Source: a bacterium | GTDB lineage: Bacteria > Sysuimicrobiota > Sysuimicrobiia > Sysuimicrobiales > Kaftiobacteriaceae | DNA: 54,212 bases | Direction: 5' to 3' | NCBI GenBank assembly: GCA_044868695.1 | Contig: JBIOWP010000015.1 | Coordinates: 1-54,212, forward strand | In this document: in pieces, positions 1 to 8,904 of the stretch | Position numbering within the stretch: the first letter of the stretch is position 1 | Layout of the letters: every line of letters begins with the position of its first letter | The notes under the pieces: model-generated | The model's input: only the letters and a program-made list of their open reading frames with translations | What the model was told of the DNA's origin: nothing | The model's database searches: none | Made by a program: the position numbers and the translations under genes

Positions 1-188
1 TACTCTTTCCCGCGACATACTTCGGTCGATCCCTACCTTCACGGGTGAGCCGCCCCGAGAGCGGAGCGGCCTTCCACTAGTCCAACAGAAGACGGATGAC
101 AGTCCAGACTGAACCACTACTGAGCAGGTAGGGCGCATGGCCGAACGGGCGTTCGTTTCCGCCAGGAAATCGGCAGGATCCAGTACAG

Positions 189-204
189 TGGCACCAGACT
201 TGCT
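189..204 (+). promoter_or_regulatory. Sigma-54 (RpoN)-type -24/-12 promoter
   Basis: TGGCAC-CAGAC-TTGCT with exact GG-N10-GC spacing, upstream of the riboswitch leader. Confidence 0.7.
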
Positions 205-270
205 GCGTATTGCAGATGTGAAGTAAAGTGTAGTAACAGAAACCCGATAGGGTAAGTAGCAAGATAGAGG

Positions 271-370
271 TCCCATAGCGATAAAGGCAAACCCGCCGCG
301 AGGCGGGGACGCAAAGCCACGGGGCTGACCCCAGCGAGGGCTCCAGCTAGCCGGGTTGCCGAAGGTGGGA
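271..370 (+). ncRNA. c-di-GMP-I (GEMM-I) riboswitch, copy 1
   Basis: GGCAAACCCGCC-GCGA-GGCGGGGACGCAAAGCC...AGCCGGGTTGCCGAA with a GNRA tetraloop. Vc2-equivalent G20 (286), A47 and C92 are present. P1 pairs TCCCAT (271-276) with GTGGGA (365-370). Confidence 0.93.
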
Positions 371-394
371 ACTTCTAGTTCCCAGAGCACCACA

Positions 395-433
395 CGCCCA
401 TCTTCGGGGACGAAGGTGGGCGGTTGTGTTTGT
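395..433 (+). terminator. Putative intrinsic terminator/attenuator hairpin between the two riboswitches
   Basis: CGCCCATCTTCG-GGGA-CGAAGGTGGGCG (12 bp stem, one G-U pair) followed by the imperfect U tract GTTGTGTTTGT. Confidence 0.5.
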
Positions 434-446
434 GGGGTGAGGCAAA

Positions 447-549
447 GTCCTCATCACCGATAAAGGCAAACCCGTCGTGAGGCGGGGACGCAAAGCCACG
501 GGACTGGTCCCAGCAGGGGTCAGTTAGCCGGGTTACCGAAGGAGAGGAC
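447..549 (+). ncRNA. c-di-GMP-I (GEMM-I) riboswitch, copy 2, overlapping the RBS
   Basis: GGCAAACCCGTC-GTGA-GGCGGGGACGCAAAGCC...AGCCGGGTTACCGAA, G20 at 465. GTCCTC (447-452) pairs with GAGGAC (544-549), which overlaps the SD of ATG 553. Confidence 0.93.
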
Positions 550-552
550 GAA

Positions 553-966
553 ATGGCCGGTAGGCTGCAGGTGATCTGGTGTGTGGTTCTGGTCGCGGTC
601 GCGGTGAGCGCGCTCCCCGCGGCGGCCCTGGCCGAAAGTTCGACAGTGAGCATCGCGGTCCGTCCTACACAGCGCGTCGAAGGGGCGACCTCGCTCGTGG
701 TCTCCGCCGACGCGCCGCTCCAGCGGGGCCGCCTGATCGTGAAGAGCAACACCTCCTGGGTCCTGGTCGCCCGCACGTCCGGCACGTCGGCGACGGTCGC
801 GTGGAGGACTTCAGGCGAGAGCGGCTGGCAGCAGCTGGGCGCGGCCACCCCCGTCCTGAGCGGCGGCAAGGGCATCCGCGAGGTCGAGTACGAGATCCGG
901 ATCGATCCACATGCGCAGCGGTCCGGTCAGCCGGTGACGGTGACGGTCTCGGTGGAACCCAGATGA
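553..966 (+). CDS. Secreted beta-rich hypothetical protein (possible Ig/pilin-like surface subunit)
   Basis: SD GGAGAGG, signal peptide ending ALA-ES, alternating beta-strand pattern, VKSNTSW motif. Confidence 0.75.
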   Translation: MAGRLQVIWCVVLVAVAVSALPAAALAESSTVSIAVRPTQRVEGATSLVVSADAPLQRGRLIVKSNTSWVLVARTSGTSATVAWRTSGESGWQQLGAATPVLSGGKGIREVEYEIRIDPHAQRSGQPVTVTVSVEPR

Positions 967-1061
967 CGCACCGCCGCAGAATGCTCCTCGTCGTCACGGT
1001 CGTCATCACCACCGTACTGGCGGTCTTGTACCTTGTGATGGCTGGCACGTTTCGTGCTTAG
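963..1061 (+). CDS. 32-aa single-pass membrane microprotein (MTHRRRMLLVVTVVITTVLAVLYLVMAGTFRA)
   Basis: ATGA start/stop overlap with the upstream gene; basic N-terminus followed by a hydrophobic helix. Confidence 0.55.
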   Translation: MTHRRRMLLVVTVVITTVLAVLYLVMAGTFRA

Positions 1062-1082
1062 GGATAGGCTGAGGTTCTGACC

Positions 1083-1520
1083 ATGTCGGCGAGACTCAAA
1101 ATTGACGAAGTGTTCTGCGCAGTGGACGGACTCGTGACGTCGGCCCGGGTCCGGCTCAGCCATGGCGGCCGGGCGGCCTCGGGCGTCGCCAGCGCCCGGA
1201 CGACCGAGGGAATCTGGCGGCAGGTCGTCGCCGAAGCTACCTTGAGCGCGGTGCGGTCCCTGGCCGGCGAAAACCTGGAGCTGACCCTGGATGCCGTCGC
1301 TGAAGTCGGTTCCGGCCGGCACCCGATCATCGTGGCGACGATGGCCATCGGCCGGGGGCGCAGGGAAGTGTTTCTGTCAGGCACCGCTCCCACCGCCGGC
1401 GACCGGTTCGCTGCCGTCGCGAAAGCCGTGCTGCACGGATTGAACCGGCGGCTGGAACCCTTCCTGGCCGTTGCCTCGCAGAACTCCGAAGCGCAAGGGC
1501 TTCAGGTCCGTTCGAACTGA
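1083..1520 (+). CDS. Hypothetical protein resembling a stand-alone LeuA-type allosteric/regulatory domain
   Basis: SD GAGG; two beta-beta-beta-alpha-like units ending 'VAEATLSAV' and 'AKAVLHGLNRRL'. Confidence 0.65.
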   Translation: MSARLKIDEVFCAVDGLVTSARVRLSHGGRAASGVASARTTEGIWRQVVAEATLSAVRSLAGENLELTLDAVAEVGSGRHPIIVATMAIGRGRREVFLSGTAPTAGDRFAAVAKAVLHGLNRRLEPFLAVASQNSEAQGLQVRSN

Positions 1521-3025
1521 TCTCGCGCAGGCTGCTGTAGCATCTTCAGAAACGCTTCCACGACCGCCGGATCGAAATGCTTGCCGGCCTGCTCCCGGAG
1601 ATAGGTGAGCGCCTGCTCCCGCGACCACGCCAGACGGTAGGGGCGGTCCGACCGCAGGGCGTCCCACACGTCCACCACGGCAAAAACGCGGGCGGCCACC
1701 GGGATCTGCTCGGCCTGCAGTCCGCGCGGGTATCCCGTCCCGTCCCACTTCTCGTGGTGAGCATACGGAATCTCCAGCGCCGGGCGAAGGTACGCGATGG
1801 GGGAGAGCAGGTCGAGCGCGTAACCGGGGTGCTTCTTCATGATGACCCACTCGTCGTCGGTGAGGGGGCCGGGTTTGAGCAGGATGCTGTCCGGAATGCC
1901 CATCTTGCCGATATCGTGCAGCAGCGCCCCGCGCCGTACGTGCACCAGTTCTTCCTCCCGCAGTCCCATCGCGCGGGCCAAGTCCATCGTGAGGTCCATC
2001 ACGCGCTGGGTGTGTCCCTCGGTCTCCCGGTCGCGGAGGTCCAGGGCCTTCGACCACCCTTCCAGGGTGGTGTCGTAGGCGAGGATCAGGTCCAGGTTTG
2101 CGCGCTGCAGACTGTCAAAGAGCGTCGCGTTGTCGATGGCGATGGCCGCCTGACCGGCCAGGGCTTCCAGGAAACTCGTCCAGTCCGGCTCCGTTTCAAG
2201 CCGTGAACGGTTGAAGACCTCCAGGACGCCGAGCACCAGGCCCTTCGCGACGAGCGGCGTGCCATAGTACGCCACAAATCCTTCGGCGGCCAGCGCCGGA
2301 CCCCGCACGAGCGTCTCCTGCGAATCAGGCAGGTGCGGGTGGTGGACCGTCCGCCGCTCCATCGCGCACCGGCCGGCCAGCCCCTCGCCCATGCGGATCC
2401 GGGCCTCGGCCATGGTCCGGCCGCGGAACCCTCGACCCGCGGCGTATTCGAGTACCTGGGTGCGGGGGTTGAGCAGCAGGACCGCCGCCGCATCGACCTG
2501 GAGGCGGGAGGTGACCTGGTCCAGGATCACGTCCAACGTCACACGCAGGTCGAGGCTGCTGGTGATCGCCAGGTCGATCTCCCGCAGTGCCGCGAGCCGC
2601 TGCAGGTGCCGCTCCAGCTGGTGGGCGGCGTGTTTGCGCTCGCGGCGCACCTGGGCGTCGCGGAGTTCCCGGTCTACCGCCGCACCGAGCCGTTTGAGGT
2701 TGTTCTTCATCAGGTAGTCGTGCGCGCCGGACCGCATCATCTCCACGGCGGTTTCTTCTCCGATGGTTCCGGAGATGACGATAAACGGGAGGTCCACGCC
2801 TTTCGCCTGGGCCGCCGCGAGCGCCGCCGGCGCGCTGAACGTGGGGAGCGCGTAGTCGGCGATGATCACGTCCCATTCGCCCTCCGCCAGCGCGGCTTCC
2901 ATCGCCTCGCCGGTCTCCACGCGGGTCACCGCCGGATCGTATCCGGCGCGCAGCAGCTCACGGGTCAGCAGGACGGCGTCTGACTCGGAGTCTTCAATCA
3001 GAAGGACGCGCAGCGGTGCCGCCAT
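1502..3025 (-). CDS. REC-GAF-HD-GYP cyclic-di-GMP phosphodiesterase (response regulator)
   Basis: N-terminal receiver (LIEDSESD, IIADY), central GAF, LLHDIGK, HHEKWDGTGYP and DALRSDRPYR motifs. Confidence 0.95.
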   Translation of the reverse strand: MAAPLRVLLIEDSESDAVLLTRELLRAGYDPAVTRVETGEAMEAALAEGEWDVIIADYALPTFSAPAALAAAQAKGVDLPFIVISGTIGEETAVEMMRSGAHDYLMKNNLKRLGAAVDRELRDAQVRRERKHAAHQLERHLQRLAALREIDLAITSSLDLRVTLDVILDQVTSRLQVDAAAVLLLNPRTQVLEYAAGRGFRGRTMAEARIRMGEGLAGRCAMERRTVHHPHLPDSQETLVRGPALAAEGFVAYYGTPLVAKGLVLGVLEVFNRSRLETEPDWTSFLEALAGQAAIAIDNATLFDSLQRANLDLILAYDTTLEGWSKALDLRDRETEGHTQRVMDLTMDLARAMGLREEELVHVRRGALLHDIGKMGIPDSILLKPGPLTDDEWVIMKKHPGYALDLLSPIAYLRPALEIPYAHHEKWDGTGYPRGLQAEQIPVAARVFAVVDVWDALRSDRPYRLAWSREQALTYLREQAGKHFDPAVVEAFLKMLQQPARDQFERT

Positions 3026-3475
3026 CTACCGGTCCCACGTCTGCGGAGGGGATTCGTTGATGATCAGCCAGTACAGTCCCAGCTGCTCGATGGCCTGCGA
3101 GAACTGCACGAAGTCCACCGGCTTGCGGACGTAGCTGTTGGCGCCGAGGCTGTAACTGTCGACAAGGTCCTTCTCTTCATTCGACGAGGTAAGGACGACG
3201 ACCGGCAGCAGCTTCGTGCGTTTGTCGGCGCGGATCTTGCGCAGCACCTCCAGCCCGTCGACTTTGGGCAGCTTCAAGTCCAGGAGGATCAGCTGGGGCA
3301 CGGCCCCCGGTTCCCGGCTCGCGAACTTGCCGGTGGCAAACAGGTAGTCGAGGGCTTCCACGCCGTCCCTGGCTACGATGATCTCGTTCTTGATGCGGTT
3401 CTTGCGCAGGGCGCGCAGCGTGAGCGCTTCGTCGTCTGGGTTGTCTTCCACGACCAGGATGATCTTATTGTCCAT
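3026..3475 (-). CDS. Single-domain response regulator (Rcp1-like)
   Basis: [15 protein letters not shown]...[11 protein letters not shown]...LTSS...[17 protein letters not shown] upstream of ATG 3475. Confidence 0.93.
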   Translation of the reverse strand: MDNKIILVVEDNPDDEALTLRALRKNRIKNEIIVARDGVEALDYLFATGKFASREPGAVPQLILLDLKLPKVDGLEVLRKIRADKRTKLLPVVVLTSSNEEKDLVDSYSLGANSYVRKPVDFVQFSQAIEQLGLYWLIINESPPQTWDR

Positions 3476-5306
3476 GTGCGCCGCTCCTCCGGATGGGATC
3501 GCTTGCAGGTTCCACTGTAAAGTAGAACGTCGCCCCCTGTTCCACGGCGCCCTCCGCCCAGATCTGTCCGCCGTGCCGCCGGATGATGCGCTGGACCGTG
3601 GCCAGGCCGACGCCGGTCCCTTCAAACTCCGCCTGGCCGTGGAGGCGCTGGAAGGCCCCGAAGAGCTTGTGGCTGTGGGCCATGTCGAACCCCGCGCCGT
3701 CGTCCCGCACGAAGCACACCCGCCGGCCGTCCCGCTCTGTCACTCCGAACTCCACCGTGGCCTGCGCGTGCTTGGAAGTGAATTTGAATGCGTTGCTCAG
3801 GAGGTTCTCCAGCGCCACGCGCAGCAGGCGAGGATCCCCATCGGTCACCACTCCGTCGGCCACCCTGACCGCGATCTGCCGGCCGGCATGCGTCCTAGTG
3901 AGCGAGCCGGTGATGTCGTGGACCATCGCGCTGAGGTCGACCGGCTCGCGGCGAATCTCCGCGCGCGTGATCCGGGACAGCTGGAGCAGGTCGTCGATCA
4001 GCTGGCCCATGCGCTGGCTGGCCGCGCGGACCCGCTGGAGATAACTCACGCCCTCGCCGTCGAGCTTTCCCGCGTAGTCCTCCAGGACCGCCTGGCTGAA
4101 GCCGTCGATGCTCCGCAGCGGCGCCCGCAGGTCGTGAGACACGGAATAGGTGAAGGCCTCGAGCTCCCGGTTGGTCGCTTCCAACTCGTCGATCAACCGC
4201 CGCTGCTGGCTGAACAACTCGGCGTTCTCCTGTACGATCGCGCCCTGCTCGGCCATTAGCGTCAGCATCTCCAGGTCGTCGGTGGGGAAGAGCGACCTCC
4301 GCCACAGCAGCACCGCCAGAAGCCCCCACGCCCGATCCCGGGACACCAGCGGGACCGCGTACAGCCCCTGGGCATTGAACCGCCTGAGCAGTTCCTCATC
4401 GGTGCCCCGTGCGGCGGCTTGTGGCCTGCGTTCCTTCCACACCCGGCCCAGGACGCCGCGGTCGACCGGGAACGTGCTGTCATCCGTCCTGATCCCGTCG
4501 GACGCCCGGACCTCAAACTGGTCCTGGTCGGGAGCCGCGACGAGCACGAGGGAGGCGAACCCGCCGGTCACCTCCTTTGCCGCCGTGCACAGCTCGCTCA
4601 GCATCTGCGTGACGCGCTCTTCGGCGGATCGCCCACTCTGTTTGCGCAGGTACTCGTGCAACTCGGCGACCTGCCAGGCGCGCCGGAGCGTGACCGGCGT
4701 GCCGAAGCCCAGGTAGTAGGCCAGCGCCGAGAGCGCGGCCAGTACATTAGAGATGCCCGCCGTGAGCACGGTCGAGGCAGGGGCCGCGGCGTTGACTCCC
4801 GCGAGCAGGATAACGGAAGCCAGCAGTCCCGTCGCCGTCCCTACCAGCCGCAGCCGCTGGCGCATGACGCCGCCGGTGGCGCGGGCCCGCCGGACGAACG
4901 ATACCGCCGCGTACCCTTCGATCAACACAAAATACGCGACCACGATGAGGGTGGGGACCGGGGGAAACGGCGACTGCCACAGGAGGACGATGACCCAGGA
5001 AGCGGCCATGCCGGCTGCCGCGGCGGCCAGGACGCCCCTGGGGACGGGCTGAAAGTGCCGCACGAGGCGGAGCAGCAGGAACGGGTGGGCGACCACGCTG
5101 ACGGTCCCCAGCGTGCTCAGCCACCGGAGCTGCAGGCCCAGCAGTCGGCTTCCTTCTTGAATCAGGATGGTGGTGGCCAGGGACAAGAACATCAGCGCGA
5201 TGTCCAGCCGATTCTCGTCCCGGTGACGCAGGTAATCGAAAACCGAGAGCAGCGCGACAAAGACGAAGGTGCCGCGGGTCAGCTGGGCGAGGACGGACTC
5301 GTTCAT
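3465..5306 (-). CDS. Membrane sensor histidine kinase (multi-TM N-terminus, GAF, HisKA, HATPase_c)
   Basis: About 7 hydrophobic helices; H-box SHDLRAPL, N-box [10 protein letters not shown]-boxes DDGAGF and GTGVGLA. Confidence 0.95.
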   Translation of the reverse strand: MNESVLAQLTRGTFVFVALLSVFDYLRHRDENRLDIALMFLSLATTILIQEGSRLLGLQLRWLSTLGTVSVVAHPFLLLRLVRHFQPVPRGVLAAAAAGMAASWVIVLLWQSPFPPVPTLIVVAYFVLIEGYAAVSFVRRARATGGVMRQRLRLVGTATGLLASVILLAGVNAAAPASTVLTAGISNVLAALSALAYYLGFGTPVTLRRAWQVAELHEYLRKQSGRSAEERVTQMLSELCTAAKEVTGGFASLVLVAAPDQDQFEVRASDGIRTDDSTFPVDRGVLGRVWKERRPQAAARGTDEELLRRFNAQGLYAVPLVSRDRAWGLLAVLLWRRSLFPTDDLEMLTLMAEQGAIVQENAELFSQQRRLIDELEATNRELEAFTYSVSHDLRAPLRSIDGFSQAVLEDYAGKLDGEGVSYLQRVRAASQRMGQLIDDLLQLSRITRAEIRREPVDLSAMVHDITGSLTRTHAGRQIAVRVADGVVTDGDPRLLRVALENLLSNAFKFTSKHAQATVEFGVTERDGRRVCFVRDDGAGFDMAHSHKLFGAFQRLHGQAEFEGTGVGLATVQRIIRRHGGQIWAEGAVEQGATFYFTVEPASDPIRRSGAHGQ

Positions 5307-5423
5307 CCTCGTCCTCCGCGGTGCGTCAGTGGGTTTGTTTGTGCAGAACTAAATGACAGGCGCGGGTTGTTCGCTGTCAATTCACTACTTACTCTAACAA
5401 CCCCTGGTGACAGGGTCAATGTA

Positions 5424-6290
5424 TCAGGTCCGCATGCGTGGGTCGAGCAGGTCCCGCAGTCCATCACCGAGCAGGTTGAACCCCATCACCGTCAGGAAGA
5501 TCGCAAGACCCGGGTAGATCGATAGCCAGGGTGCCTGCAGCAGATAGTCCCGCCCGGTGCTGAGCATCGATCCCCAGGAGGGCGTGGGGGGCTGCGCGCC
5601 CAGACCGAGAAACGAGAGGCTGGCCTCTGCCAGGATGGCCCCGCCGATGCCGAGCGTGACCAGGACGATGGCGGACGCGACGGTGTTGGGCAGGATGTGG
5701 CGCAGGATGATCCGCGCGTTCGAGGCGCCCAGCGCCCGCGCCGCCTCCACGAACTCCTGCCGCCTGAGGCTCAGCACCTGGCCGCGGACGAGACGCGCCA
5801 GCGAGGTCCAGCTGACCAGCCCCAATGCCAGAAACACGTTGTAGAGGCTCGGGCCGATCACGGCCATGATCGTGATCGCAAACAGCAGCCCGGGAAACGC
5901 GAACACGACCTCCGCCGCCCGCATGATCGTCGTGTCCACCCAGCCGCCGTAGAAGCCGGACAGCAGCCCCATGGCCAGCCCCAGCGTGAGGGCGGAGCAT
6001 TGCACCGCGGCCCCGACGCCCAGCGACACGCGGGTGCCGTACACGATCCGGCTGAACACGTCCCGGCCGAAGAGGTCCGCGCCCATCAGGTATCGCCCGC
6101 CCGGCGGATGCAGGTAGTTGTTGAGGTCGCTGTCGCGGATGGGATCGAAGGGCGCGATCCACGGCGCCAGGATCGCGACCCCGACCAGGACGGCAATCAT
6201 CACCCCGCCGGCCGTGAGGTTGCGCAGCTTTCGGGCGCGGGCCCACCCGGAGCGGCGCCGGCGTTCAGGGGCTGAGGGCTGCGTCGTCAT
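5424..6290 (-). CDS. Peptide/nickel ABC transporter permease (DppC/OppC-like)
   Basis: GADLFGRDVFSR, EFVEAARALGAS and EASLSFLGLG motifs; ATGA overlap with the upstream permease. Confidence 0.93.
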   Translation of the reverse strand: MTTQPSAPERRRRSGWARARKLRNLTAGGVMIAVLVGVAILAPWIAPFDPIRDSDLNNYLHPPGGRYLMGADLFGRDVFSRIVYGTRVSLGVGAAVQCSALTLGLAMGLLSGFYGGWVDTTIMRAAEVVFAFPGLLFAITIMAVIGPSLYNVFLALGLVSWTSLARLVRGQVLSLRRQEFVEAARALGASNARIILRHILPNTVASAIVLVTLGIGGAILAEASLSFLGLGAQPPTPSWGSMLSTGRDYLLQAPWLSIYPGLAIFLTVMGFNLLGDGLRDLLDPRMRT

Positions 6291-7231
6291 TCGTATGTGA
6301 TCCGGGGGTCCAGGACGGCGTACGAGAGATCGACGATGAGGTTGAGGCCGATGAACACGGTGGCGATGAGGAGCACGCACCCCTGCACCATCGGCAGGTC
6401 GCGCACAGCAATGGAGTCGACCAGCAGCCGGCCGACTCCCGGCCAGGAGAACACGCGCTCGGTAATCACCGCTCCGCTCAGCAGCCCGCTGAGCTGGATG
6501 CCGATCACCGTCACGATCGGGATCGCGGCGTTGCGCAGCGCATGGACGAGCAGCACGCGGCCTCCGGCGAGCCCTTTGGCGTGCGCCGTGCGGATGAAAT
6601 CCGAGCGGATGACGTCCAGCATCGAAGAGCGCGTGAGGCGGGCGATGACGGCGGACAGCCCCGTGCCCAGCGTGACCGCCGGCATGATGAGGTACGGATA
6701 CGCGCTTCCATACCCCGACGGCGGCAGCCACCGCCACTGCACGGCCAGGAGGTAGATCAGCAGCAGCCCCAGCCAGAAGTTCGGAATCGACACGCCCATC
6801 GTGGCCAGCACCATGCTGGCCGAGTCGAAGAGCGTGTTCTGGCGCAGCGCCGCCGCGATGCCCGTCGACACCCCGATGAGGACGGCCAGCGCGAGCGCAG
6901 CCCCCGCGAGCTTGGCCGTGGCAGGCAGGCGTTCCAGAATCGACGTCGAGACGGCGCGGTCGGTCCGGTATGAGATCCCGAGGTCCCCGCGGGCCGCATT
7001 CCGCAGGAACTTGAGGTACTGGATGGGGACCGGGTCGTCCAGCCCCCACTTGGCGCGAATGATCCGGGCCGCCGCCGGATCGACCGACGCCATCTTCTCT
7101 TCCATCAGGAGGGCGACGGGGTCACCGGGGACGATCTGCATGAGCACAAACGTCACCAGCGTGACCCCCACGAAGACAGGGACGGCCAGCAGCAGTCTGC
7201 GGGCGACGAACCTCCCGATCCCGGTAGTCAC
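6287..7231 (-). CDS. Peptide/nickel ABC transporter permease (DppB/OppB-like)
   Basis: PGDP, GDLGISY, DFIRTAHAKGL and ITERVFSWPGVG motifs; start approximate. Confidence 0.92.
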   Translation of the reverse strand: MTTGIGRFVARRLLLAVPVFVGVTLVTFVLMQIVPGDPVALLMEEKMASVDPAAARIIRAKWGLDDPVPIQYLKFLRNAARGDLGISYRTDRAVSTSILERLPATAKLAGAALALAVLIGVSTGIAAALRQNTLFDSASMVLATMGVSIPNFWLGLLLIYLLAVQWRWLPPSGYGSAYPYLIMPAVTLGTGLSAVIARLTRSSMLDVIRSDFIRTAHAKGLAGGRVLLVHALRNAAIPIVTVIGIQLSGLLSGAVITERVFSWPGVGRLLVDSIAVRDLPMVQGCVLLIATVFIGLNLIVDLSYAVLDPRITYE

Positions 7232-7233
7232 GC

Positions 7234-8829
7234 TCAGCGCCGGGGCTGGATCCACACCTTCTGCATCTGTAGCCAGTCCATTTCCAGCGGGTTCCCCACG
7301 ATGCCGAAGACGTTGGCCTGGTGCACGAGGGCGGCCTTATTGTAGTTCCAGAAGAACCACGGCGCATCCGCGACAATCAGGCGCTCCGCGTCCCGGCACA
7401 GCTGCACCTGCCGGCCGGGATCGAAGGTGCGCTCGGCTTCGTCAATGAGCGCGTCCACCCGGTCGTTCTTGTAGAACATGCGGTTCCCGGCGATGCCGAA
7501 GTTGCGGGAGCGGAACGGCCCCAAATAGTTGACGCAGTTCGAGCCGCCGCCGTGCGACAGGACGTAGGTCATGAGGTCGCCTTTGCCCGCGCGCTCCAGC
7601 ATGACGCCGAAATCCTGCTGCACGATGCGCGCCCGGATCCCGGCGTCGGCCAGATACCGCTGGAGCGCTTCCAGCCACCGGCCGGCCACAGGCGTGGCGG
7701 AGCCGTTCAGATCCAGGTCGAAGCCGTTGGGGAAGCCGGCCTGGGCAAGGAGTTCTTTCGCCCGCTGCGGGTTGAACTCGTACCCGCGCAGGCTCGGGTC
7801 AAAGGCCGCCAGGCTCGGAGGGAACACGCCGGTGGCCACAAACGCCTTGTCCTGCAGCACGGTGCGGACGGTCGTCGCCTTGTCGATGGCGTAGTTGATG
7901 GCCTGGCGCACCCGCGCGTCGTTGAGAGGAGGCTTTGTGGTGTTCAGGCCCATGTGGCGGGTAAACAGTTCCGCGACCTCGATGACGTGGGGTTTCCACT
8001 TCGGATCCTCCGCGTAGCGCCGGTAGGTCGGGTCCTCCAGGAGCATAACGTCCAGCCTCCCGGTGTCGAACTCCGCCTGCCGCGTCGCCGGGTCGGGGAT
8101 GATGCGGAACTCGAGCGCGCTGATATAGGGTCGGCCTTCCCAGTAGTTCGGGTTTTCTTTCAGGAGCAGCGAGTCGTCGCGGCTCCATGAGACGAAGATG
8201 AACGGACCCGACCCAACCGGCTGCTGGCCGAACTCGCGGCCCAGCCGCTCCGCCTCGTCTTTGGGCACCACAAACAATGACGTGAACGTAAGAGGGAACG
8301 TGCTGTCGACGACGGAGTTGGTGATCTGGATCGTGTACCGGTCCGGCGTCGTGATGCCGCTGACCATGCGCGCCTGCTTGGCCGTGAACTCCCTGGCGCC
8401 CACGATGCGGTCGTAGGCGCGGATGAACGGGGACCCCGTTTCCGGGGTCAGGATGCGCTCGATCGAGTACCGCACGTCGTCGGATGTCATCTCCCGGCCG
8501 TGGTGGAACCGGATCCCGCGCCGCAGCCGGAATGTCAGCATCCGGCCGTCTCCGCTCACCGACCACGACTCCGCCGCGCCGGGCCCGATCGCCAGGGTCT
8601 GGGGATCCTGCCGGAGCAGCGGATCGAAGAGGGTCATCTTGACCGCGATCGCGCGTGAGGTGTTGGTCAGGGCCGGGTCGAGGTTGGCCGGGTCGCTGCT
8701 GAGCGCGCGGCGGAAGTGTCCGCCCGAGACCGGGGCGCGGGCCGCGACCGGCCCGCCCGCTGCGGCCGCCGCGACCAGCAGGGCCGCCAGGATCACGCCC
8801 ACCGGATGCTTCCACGTCGACGTGCGCAT
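7234..8829 (-). CDS. Peptide ABC transporter substrate-binding protein (SBP family 5)
   Basis: Signal peptide; LDPA, FRLRRGIRFHHG, PVGSGPF and VRQAINYAID motifs; SD GGAGG upstream. Confidence 0.93.
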   Translation of the reverse strand: MRTSTWKHPVGVILAALLVAAAAAGGPVAARAPVSGGHFRRALSSDPANLDPALTNTSRAIAVKMTLFDPLLRQDPQTLAIGPGAAESWSVSGDGRMLTFRLRRGIRFHHGREMTSDDVRYSIERILTPETGSPFIRAYDRIVGAREFTAKQARMVSGITTPDRYTIQITNSVVDSTFPLTFTSLFVVPKDEAERLGREFGQQPVGSGPFIFVSWSRDDSLLLKENPNYWEGRPYISALEFRIIPDPATRQAEFDTGRLDVMLLEDPTYRRYAEDPKWKPHVIEVAELFTRHMGLNTTKPPLNDARVRQAINYAIDKATTVRTVLQDKAFVATGVFPPSLAAFDPSLRGYEFNPQRAKELLAQAGFPNGFDLDLNGSATPVAGRWLEALQRYLADAGIRARIVQQDFGVMLERAGKGDLMTYVLSHGGGSNCVNYLGPFRSRNFGIAGNRMFYKNDRVDALIDEAERTFDPGRQVQLCRDAERLIVADAPWFFWNYNKAALVHQANVFGIVGNPLEMDWLQMQKVWIQPRR

Positions 8830-8904
8830 CATCCACCTCCGGGTCGCGAATGTATCAGAGCCTTCTGGTGTCCCAACGAAGCAAAGTGTAGCATTTATGT
8901 GTCG

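Noticed and set aside
281..470. Riboswitches as A20 cGAMP-sensing (GEMM-Ib) variants matching the Hypr cyclase
   Set aside because: Registering on Vc2 (G21-C46, C22-G45, A47) puts G at position 20 (286 and 465). The preceding A is position 19, so these are canonical c-di-GMP type.
1502..2100. HD-GYP as a cGAMP-specific phosphodiesterase
   Set aside because: It retains the canonical RxxR (RPYR) motif rather than the variant seen in cGAMP-preferring enzymes
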